Origin: Octopus vulgaris
Taxonomy: Eukaryota
Direction of reading: 5' to 3'
NCBI GenBank assembly: GCA_951406725.2
Contig: OX597819.1
Span: 69,254,001 to 69,318,000 of the forward strand
DNA length: 64,000 nt
Shown here one piece after another: positions 54,225 to 64,000 of this stretch. Made by a program: the position numbers and the translations under genes. Below the pieces are notes generated by a model. The model had not been told where the DNA came from and did no database searches. It was given only the letters and a program-made list of their open reading frames with translations. Each line of letters opens with the position of its first letter. Within the stretch, counting starts at the first letter, position 1.

Positions 54225-57200
54225 TTATTTTTACTTTTACTTTTAATCTGCATCTTCCCTACATGTCACTTGCCGAGACACACCCAGCGTCCTGAGATAG
54301 TGAAGTATAAGAGATGTCACAATATGAATGATTACTTCGGGAGGGGAGGTAGTGAAATATCTTAATGTAATACAACACATACATTTAAGTGGATAGGGTT
54401 TTTCTAAGGATATGGGCAGTATATGACAGTACAATCTTTTGGATTTTTTTGAGACATGCTTTTGCTGGGTTCTTATTTCGATATATCTGACATCCCCTTT
54501 TTATCATACTTAGGGCACCTACAATAAAAAGAACAGTTTTCGTTTTAACATGCCATATCTTTTGGATTTCCGTTCCCGGGTTCTTATATTTACATAGTTT
54601 GTCAAATTTCATGACAGATACATTTTCATCAGTGGGAGTACTTATATCCATTAGTGTACAATTATTTTCTTCCGTCTTTAATTCTTATGTCTGGTCGCTT
54701 AGCCTCGATCGTCCTGTCAGTGTTGACTGGAAATTCCCAGAGGATAGTGACATTTTTACCTTCAACGACTAGCTCAAGACGATGCTCGTACCAGTAAGTA
54801 AGGTTGCTGATTTTGTAGTGTTTAGCTGTTTTCCAATGTAAATACTGTCCTATATTCGTTTGGGTGTCAGCACAGGACATCCCGAGATGAGATGGTCTAT
54901 TGTTTAGCCAAAAGTGTCGCAGAATCTGCATTTAGGGCCAGAACCGTTTTGAAGAACGCTAGCCTGGTAGTTTTTGTGAGCAAGCTTTGGTCTTGTGTCA
55001 CCAACATGAAACCTTCAGTCTCTGCTTTCAGTCCCGAACTTCTCAGTCACTGATGAATTGTTGATTGATCTACATCAACATTTTGACTTTGAAGTATATA
55101 CTGTCTATACAGAGGTTCCTCAATTTGTTTCTGTCCGTTGTCCTTTCCAGGCTGCTTGATGCATTTGGCTTGTTTTGTATCTGTGGTTTCAGATTCTTCA
55201 ACTATTCAGGATTAATGCCAAGTCCCCATGCGAATTTGCAAGCTTCCTTGGCAATCGAATGTGACTCTTTGCTGCTTTCGTGTTTGCGCACAAAACACAA
55301 CATTCAGTCCTCTGCACAAAGTAAGTGCCTGTTCATTGCTATTGTAGAGGTCTTGTAGCACAGTTCTATCTGCATTATTCCACTTCTCTCATTACTTCTA
55401 GTTAAGTACACACGATCAAAGTCTGCTTGTGGATGGTGCATCTTCTTAGAAATTAATATTTTCTTCTCTTCTTGCCGAGGCGTTGGAGTTCTGTAAGACT
55501 CCAGTTAATGATGTTAAAACTATGTTGCACTAGTGAAAGTGCCTGGGTGTTAATGGCTTCGATGCGATTTCTAGAGTTGAGTTCAGTTTTTTGTATGAGT
55601 CGTATTCTCCCGTAATATTCTTTTCTTATTTTTTCCTTCATAGTAGCATGTTGTATATCATCTCCGTTCATCCCCAAGCATTTGTAATTTTCCTGTGGAT
55701 CAAGATCTTTTGCAGTAGTGTCGATATTTAATTCAATGGAAGCTGTTTGTTGAGCTTGCCTCTTACAGAAGTTGCTTTAGCACACTTATTAATGCAAAAG
55801 TCCATCCCGATGTCATTTCTAAATTCTTTACCCGTTGTTAGCAGACCTAGTAGCTTTTCACCATTTCTAGCAAACAGCTTCAGATCGTCCATATAAACTT
55901 AGAACCCATACCTGGTGTTAATTAGTTCGTTTGAGAGTGAGATCAGTGCCATACAAAAGAGTAATGGAGAGAGGAGTCACCTCGAAAGATGCCTCGTTTG
56001 ATGTTGATGTTAGTTTGGCTCATCCCATTACTATGGCTTAGAAGGAGATGTGTGTTCCACTTGGCCATGCTTCCTTGTAAGAATTTGGAGACGACAGGAG
56101 AGATCTTACATATTTTAAGGGCCTTGAGTATCCAATTATGTGGGACACTATCAAACGCTTTCTTGTGATCTAGCCATGCCATACTCAGGTTCTTTTTGCT
56201 TCGGCAATTCTCTACAATTATTTTATTTATGAATAATTGATCTTTACACTAATAAGAATTTCTTTTACAACATTTTTGAGCTTGTGGAAGAATAGATCTC
56301 TGTTCACGAAAAGTGTATATTCTGTCAGTTGATACGGATGTGAGGCCCTTGTAGGTGGCTTTGAGACATATTATTGGTTGGTATTTCTTTAGACATTGTG
56401 TCTTCTGTTTTTGGTAAAAGATATGTTGTTCCTTCACTCAGCCAGGTTTGTATTTGCTCTGGATTCTGGATGACATCAGTTAGAGATACAGCTAAATTTT
56501 GGTGTACTTCTGTCAGGCAATTTAACCAGAAGTTAGGAATTCGGCACAGTCCTGGAGTTTTCCATTTGTGAGACTTCCTAAGAATACTTCTTAGCTCTTC
56601 TATTCCTACTGCCTTCCATTTCTGCTCTTCAACTTCAACCCGTTTCACTTTCTCACGCTTTATCAGTGAATTTCAGCATTATATTCTTTTTTGTTGCTCC
56701 ATATCTTCTTCCAGAACTCTTCCATTTCCTCAGTCTTAGGTGGCTCCTTTTCTTCTATCTTATTTTTGCCAATTCCCTATAAAATTTCTTTGCATCCGTC
56801 TTGAATATCTTGTTTTGTCCATAAAATTTTATTCTTTTGTCATCCCTTCTAAGCCGTTGGGCTTTCAGTTGTATTCTTTGTTTCAACAGATCCTTGGTTG
56901 CAGGGAGGTTTATAAAATCTTTCATTTTATATTTTTGCTTGATTTATTTTTAGCTCGTTTCTTTTTAATAATTACTCCTCCAGCAAGTTCATCGAGAACC
57001 GATACATCCGCACGCAGAGATTCGATCTCTTTTTGTATTGCTACATTCCACTTGGGAGATCTAATTACATGGTTGGTCCTTTTCTGTGCTGTCCAGATAT
57101 CTAGTTGAGCAGTTACAACTTTAGCAGTGGATTAGATGAGATTATTTAAGATTGTTATGTAATTTCCGGTATTACTTAAGAACTGCCCAAGAGCAGCATT

Positions 57201-58280
57201 ATATATCATGATTAGGTTGTTGTTTTTTATGATGTCTGAGAACTTTGCCAGTGGTTCTCTATTGATGATGTTAGTAGACTCAGTATGATTGAGTACTCTG
57301 ATAATATTTTCTATTGCTTCTATGATCTTCCTCTTTATTATTCACCTCAAATTCTGTAACATACCTATTCTGAATTTCCTGAAGTAGGGCGTCCTTCTCT
57401 TTTCTCCAGATAACTTTTCTTCGCTAAACTTTCTTCAGCTTCCTCGTTCAGATGTACAGTTCATACACTGGATTCTGTGCATCTGTTACCTATTTCGTCT
57501 GTATTGTTGCTGTGTTCATTCGGTCTACCATGAGATATTTGTGTCCTAATCTGGTTAATTTCAGCGTCTATTAACCTTTTATTCTTCATGATATCTCTAC
57601 CTACATTACTAAGTTTATTTGCATATATACATATATATCTGCGTACTTCATTACCTACTAAGTTTCTCCAAGAAATGTAAGTTGGTAAGTTGAGGTTATT
57701 GCTTGGCTATAGTTCGGCTGTATAGAAAGCTTTCAGCACATCTCTATAATCCTCTCTAGTCCAGCTAAGGTTTTTGCTTTAGGTGATGGTTTTGATGATG
57801 TCACTACAGGCCTAGTGTTAGGATTATCCTGGATCTGGTTACATAGTACATCATTTTCTGGAGAGTTTTTTTCCAGCAGCAGACTTTTCGACCCCAGTCC
57901 AGTTCACCACTGAGTAACGCAGTCCTTGTTGTCCCGGGCGATAAGCGATCTGGCGTGAGTTTTCTCTTGTTTTTAAGGCATTGACAGTGACAATAGGTGA
58001 CGGGCGTGTTTCTTCAGAGTTGACTGTTTGACCTGACATCGCTTCGTTGTTCTTCGAATGGATATATTTATCATATCGTAGGCTGATGGATCGAAAATCG
58101 CCGCTTTTGTTTTTGGTAGCTAAGTTTCTGGGGAATATTTTTTGTTTATGTTTTAAACTGAGTAACTAATTTGCTCCTTTTTTCATCCGTCTGTGCGAAG
58201 TCGCTTTGTTTTTGTTTGTGGTCGGTACGGCGTCGCTCGTCACACGTGTTTTTTTTCTTTTATTTTCCGTGTGTGCACGT
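54225..58280 (-). mobile_element. Second (duplicated) copy of the old Dong-like element
   Basis: Matches 41140-45200 with scattered substitutions. ORF fragments AWLDHKKAFDSVPH and TILWEFPVNTDRTIEAKRPD. Confidence 0.85.
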
Positions 58281-58661
58281 GCGTATCGTGTAGGCATTAT
58301 TTATGTTGTATCTAAATTATTTACATGTGTACATAGACGCGTAGACAGTTGCATGTATGAGTAACTATACAAATTACGTACTTACTGTGTAAATGGGTTT
58401 TTTCCAGATGTCCTGGTGTTTGATTCGGCTTCTCGCGTTTATTCCATTGAGATATCTTGCATTTAAGAAAGAAACTACCCTTTATATGGCAGAGAAATCG
58501 TTCCACTTTTTACTTCCTCTGCTTCAACAGAATCTTTTCTCACAGTTGTACTCTGACATTTTCCGCCATCGCACCGATGTTATTGTGTTGAGTTTGTTTT
58601 GTGGAGAGAGCTTCTTAGTGTACGTCAATGTTATTATTTAGCCGGAGCTATCATTATTATT

Positions 58662-58712
<51 letters not shown>

Positions 58713-58790
58713 CTTGTTCTTCTTCTTCTTCTTCTTCTTCTTGTTGTTCTTCTTCTTCTTCTTCTTCTTCTTCTTATTCTTATTCTTCTT

Positions 58791-58896
<106 letters not shown>

Positions 58897-58913
58897 TATT
58901 ATTATTATTATCA

Positions 58914-58977
<64 letters not shown>

Positions 58978-60368
58978 CATTATTATTATTATCATTATTA
59001 TTATTATTATTATTATTATTTATGTTTGATTTGTTCAGACATGTTTTCAAATCTCTCTTCAAAATGCTGAATCTTACCAGTGGTGTTTATACATGGAATT
59101 ATTTCACTGTTTGCTGCAAATTTATTCCCATACTGACAAGCTTAAGAGAAATTGCAAGTCTATATAAGGTTTAAAGAATAAAACGCTTTGTTTTGCTTCC
59201 TTTCTTAGAGAGATTCTAATTCCTAATGCGTACGTGAACATGTGTTTTTGGGTGTGTGCGTGTGTGTGTTTTTGTTTGTCTGTGCGTTTGTGTGTGTTTG
59301 TGCGTCTGCGTGTATAGATATATATAAACAAGATGGTTGTAAGAATTCACAGCAAACTACCTTCACAAAAGCAATTTGAAGACAATCACATAAAAACAAA
59401 GAGGGGATACGATGGGCAAGATCAACATACATTGAGCCACACATTATTAAAGATACTAAAATAATTCTAAAATGGTAATAATACAACGTAGCTAAGCGTT
59501 TGTTTCTGCATTAATAAAAAATATATGCACAACAATAAAATATATGCATATGCTTGCACAATATTTACAAAGCTACGTAGCAGTCAAAATTTCACTGGTA
59601 CAAATTTTGTCTTTTGCACATATAACTGCCAACGCACCATCTCCAGAGACGTTTCTCTAGAATGGATTATCGTTCACTCATTATCTGATTAATATATTTC
59701 CTTATAGTAAATTGAGCCTTGTCAGTGGTTATAATTTTCAGAAAACATATCAAGCGAATTTGAGTATCAACTTAAATCATAAACAATTTTTCAGTTTATT
59801 TCTAATCAGATAATATTCTTAAGAGTCATGAGAATTTTAAATCATGCTATGAAACCTACTGGAAACATAATGTGCTTTTCTATGGTCTGTATTTGATTTT
59901 TAATACTTTCTGACATTAGACTACGGCCATACTAGGGGCACTGGCTTGAAAAATTTAGTCGAATGAAACGACCAAACTATTCATTTTAGACACGGTAACT
60001 ATCCTCTCTTTGTCACTTGCTGAATCGCTAACTTACGGGATTATAAACACGCCAACACCGGTTGTTGAGTGGTGGTGGGGTATAGAAAGAGACAGACGCA
60101 ACAACAAACAAACACACATTCACATGCACATGTATATATGTATGTGTGTGTGTATTTACAGTCACCATACTTGACAGCTAAATCGACAAGTTTTTTATTC
60201 TCTCTTCCCTCATTTTTATTCTCACTGTTTATTTTCTCTTATTCCTTTCTGATGGAGAGCGTATGCTCAAAACGTAAAAGACTTTTTCATTTTCCCGAGC
60301 GTCAAACTAATACACCTTCGTGTTGTTTATTCACATGTTTTCGTCTTCTATTTTCCTATAAATTCGAG

Positions 60369-60409
<41 letters not shown>

Positions 60410-60479
60410 TATATAAAGAGAGAGAGAGAGAGAGAGAGAGATATGCATACATATATATATATATTCACAAGGAAAATAA

Positions 60480-60514
<35 letters not shown>

Positions 60515-61308
60515 AATAAATTTAAAATAATAAATTATATTTAAATAAACACTCCGTGTATCATAAAGTTGAAATAAACATAGGAACAATTCTTAAAAGA
60601 AACTGTACTCTCACAATTTGTAAACAATCTAGCGCTACAATTTAAGTTAACGAATTATTTATAATAACCCAAACTATCCCTAAATAATTCTAATACACCT
60701 AAATAAATAAAAAAATAATACTAATAATTAAAATTGAAATTCTTACAATTAAATTTGTAAAAGTTTAATATATAAATAGATTTAGTTACTTACAAATATA
60801 TATATATATATATTTCATTCTTATTTCTTATTTTTTAATTCTTTTGACAAGTGAGTTGGGAGAAGAATGGCAGCCAACCTCTGAAAAAAATCGATGTAAA
60901 TTCCATTAAGAGTAAATAGTAGTATGACCTAGTTCTTCAGGATTGCAGATAGCCATTGTCCACTATGGTCGTAATTTAACCTCTAGCTATTTTTAGAACG
61001 GAATCCACAGGCACATATGCTGACACACAAAAATACACATGCACATGCTGCCGTTGACTCCGTAATCAACTACCATCATACTGGGATGTAAATGAATATA
61101 TGTTAATATTGCACTGAAGAGGAGATTTCTAGCAGTTAAATACTTAGTGCAAATCTAATTCTAAAATATGAATGAAGGTGAGATATTGAAACATGCGTAA
61201 GAGACATGAAGTCGACTATTATATGAATAAATTGAGTTTCTATTGTTCATACTCTCCTCTTCCCTTATATTATATGTCTATATATATATATATATAAATG
61301 TATATGTG

Positions 61309-61355
<47 letters not shown>

Positions 61356-61359
61356 ATCC

Positions 61360-61492
61360 AACGGTCTTCTTTCAGTTTCCGCTATCGAAATCGGCTCATG
61401 TAGAAGACACTTGCCCAAGGTACCACTCAAAGAGATTGCACCTCGAACCCTGTGGTTGGGAAGTAAGCTTCTTACCACAAAGCCACGCTTGC
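61360..61492 (-). mobile_element. SINE family A 5' fragment
   Basis: Reverse complement of the head through CTGAAAGAAG. Confidence 0.7.
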
Positions 61493-62059
61493 ATTTATTT
61501 TCAAAGTTATTTATTGAGAAACTCGAGGGTTTTTTCGTTCAATTACTTGCATTTGGTTGCAGTAAATTCATTCATCAAATTAAATAACAATAAACTTAAG
61601 TTCTCGATGTTAAACAATAAGCGTCTCAGTCCAGTGACGAGAGACGGTCAGTCGTATTTTGGCGATCGGGGTTTACATTTAAACACTACAAATATATTTC
61701 GTTCTATTTCGCTGTTGTAAATTAGAAATCTAATTCCCTTGTTGTCGTAAGTAATGATCATCTTATAAATTCTCATATCTTGTGTCTTTTTTCTTTTCAC
61801 GTGCCTTCTATCATATTATTCTAATTCGCTGCATATATATTTTCTGTTTACTTTATATTTAACTAGGGCAAATTGTGTTTGGTTTTTTTAATATTGATGG
61901 GGAAAATGGTCAATATATCCATCTATTAATTCTGAGAGACAACCAAGTGAGACTGAAGAATTAATATTTCTTTATTTCCAGGTAATTCCTTTATAAATAT
62001 TGGCTTCCAGTCATCACAAACGCACACAACACAGACACACACTCTCACAGACACGCACC

Positions 62060-62108
<49 letters not shown>

Positions 62109-62175
62109 ATATATTACTTGTTTTTATGTATATACATTTACATACACACATACATAGTATATACATGTATTTAGC

Positions 62176-62233
<58 letters not shown>

Positions 62234-62829
62234 GATCTACGCACACATTTATCCATGTGTATATGCCTGTGCCTCTGTGTGTATCTGCGTGTTATCACAG
62301 AAACAGGGTGGAAACATGGAGCAACAACAGGGTAAAAAAGAAGAGAGGATTCCAAAGGGTGTGAGGAGAGAAAATAAATAGGCTGGAAGATAAAATTATA
62401 GAGAAAGTGGTTTATAGAATCTACGTCTAGTGAGAACTCATTAAATTGTAAATATTATTTTATAATCATTGAAATCTCCATGGAATTGTAATATATTTTC
62501 AATAGCAATTAGTATAGAGTTTTCATACAGAACTAAAGAAAACTCGTGATGTATTGTGAAAAGTGTCTTTCCAGACGATAATGAATGTACAATCAATAGT
62601 TTTGTATCGATACCCACTTCTATATCGACAGAGACTGCTAATTGAATTACAACATAACAACTAACAACTAACTTACCATCCCTTTCCTCCAGTACCATCT
62701 AAAATCATTGTACTTCATATTCTCACACTAATTATCTCGTCTTTGCTTAATCTATCTTTTTCTAACACGGTTTTCATTTTGTTATGATTGGATGTGTGTG
62801 CGATTGTGCAACAAACCACATAAATTACA

Positions 62830-62867
<38 letters not shown>

Positions 62868-63265
62868 GTGTATGTAGGTACATATATACATATGCGTGTA
62901 CATACACATATATAGGAGAGAGATAGTGCGATTGAGAGATTGTTTTGTATAAGAATTTCCGATATGATATATGTCCTTTAATAGATAGTGTTTGAAATAA
63001 TAGCTGCGCACCGATGCTCTGTTATATCAGTAAGTGAGTAAACACATTGATAAACTAAAAGCAAGTTGCATAACATGTGTTTGTAATAGTATGAATAAGA
63101 ATATTTACTTACGCATATATGCACAGATAAATGTGGATTCGTGTATGTTTGAAATTCTACGTCAATATGTAAATACATAGCTAGATATTTATGTATATAT
63201 AAATGTATTTGTGTGTGTGGACGTGTGTGTATATGTTTATGTATATGTATATATATCTTTAGAAT

Positions 63266-63610
63266 TGGTTGTGTGGTAAGTAGCCTGCTTACCAACCACA
63301 TGCTTCCGGGTTCAGTCCACTGCGTAGCATCATGGGCAAGTGTCTTGTACTACAGCCTCGGCCCGACCAAAGTCTTCTGAGTGGATTTGGTAGACGGAAA
63401 CTGAAAGAAGCCCGTCGTATATATGTATATATTTATATGTATGTGTGTGTATATGTTTGTGTGTCTGTGCTTGTGTCTCCAACATCGGCAAAAGAGACCG
63501 ATAGAATAAGTACTAGGCTTACAAAAATAAGTCGTGGGGTCGATTTACTCGCCCAAAGCTGGTGCTCCAGCATGGTCACAATCAAATCACTGAAACAAGT
63601 AAAAGAATAT
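63266..63610 (+). mobile_element. SINE family A with an internal deletion
   Basis: TGTGTGGTAAGTAGC...GGTTCAGTCC...GAAGCCCGTCGT...tail. Confidence 0.85.
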
Positions 63611-64000
63611 ATAAAAAAGTCAATTTCCCAAACTGGTTAATAGGGATATACAATTATAGCAGGTAACGTGTTCGCTTTTCCCGGTTAACAATGCTGGCTA
63701 TCTTCACAGAATGTAGATAAGCTCCAGTTAGTTAACTTTACGATCCTCGGTATTTTGTCCATTTGGTAAATCCAGATGACTCTATAGAGGATGCATGTCT
63801 CTCAGTAGAGAAGAAATATATAAACAAATATTTAGAACAGAGATTTACATATCCAGGTTTTACTTTACAGCTAATCACATCTTTCCATGTCAGTACCTAC
63901 CTGTGTTTCTAATGCAAACCATTGCACACTGAAAATTTAGCATCTTAATGTGGATCTCGGTGTTAATTACTGATGCTGGTTCGTCAAGGTAAAATTTAAA

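Noticed and set aside
61110-61210. Hammerhead at CTGAAGAGG...GAAACATGCG
   Set aside because: I could not form stems I and II around the core motifs.

Overview
This is AT-rich, microsatellite-saturated eukaryotic non-coding DNA. The SINE families and repeat style suggest an octopus or other cephalopod (inference). I found no host gene exon that I can support, and nearly all ORF-track entries are translated microsatellites. The real content is mobile DNA. (1) R4/Dong-type retrotransposons with a restriction-like endonuclease (RLE) sit in (AAT)n arrays: a young 5'-truncated copy with an intact RT-CCHC-RLE frame (10230-12400), a near-identical 3' fragment, an old near-full-length copy and several fragments. 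(2) A ~0.55 kb non-coding element without a Pol III head recurs 6 times (plus a duplicate) in the same (AAT)n arrays, with a fixed 3' end and variable 5' ends. (3) A GC-rich Tx1/L1-type element is inserted in a (GATA)n array. (4) A Penelope-like GIY-YIG fragment has a minimal hammerhead-like motif, and other degenerate hammerhead-like repeats occur. (5) There are three tRNA-derived SINE families, one sharing its 3' tail with a CR1-group LINE end found in the window. (6) There is a non-autonomous Helitron. The segment 34308-47394 is repeated at 47495-60645 across a 100-N gap, most likely an uncollapsed-haplotype assembly artefact.
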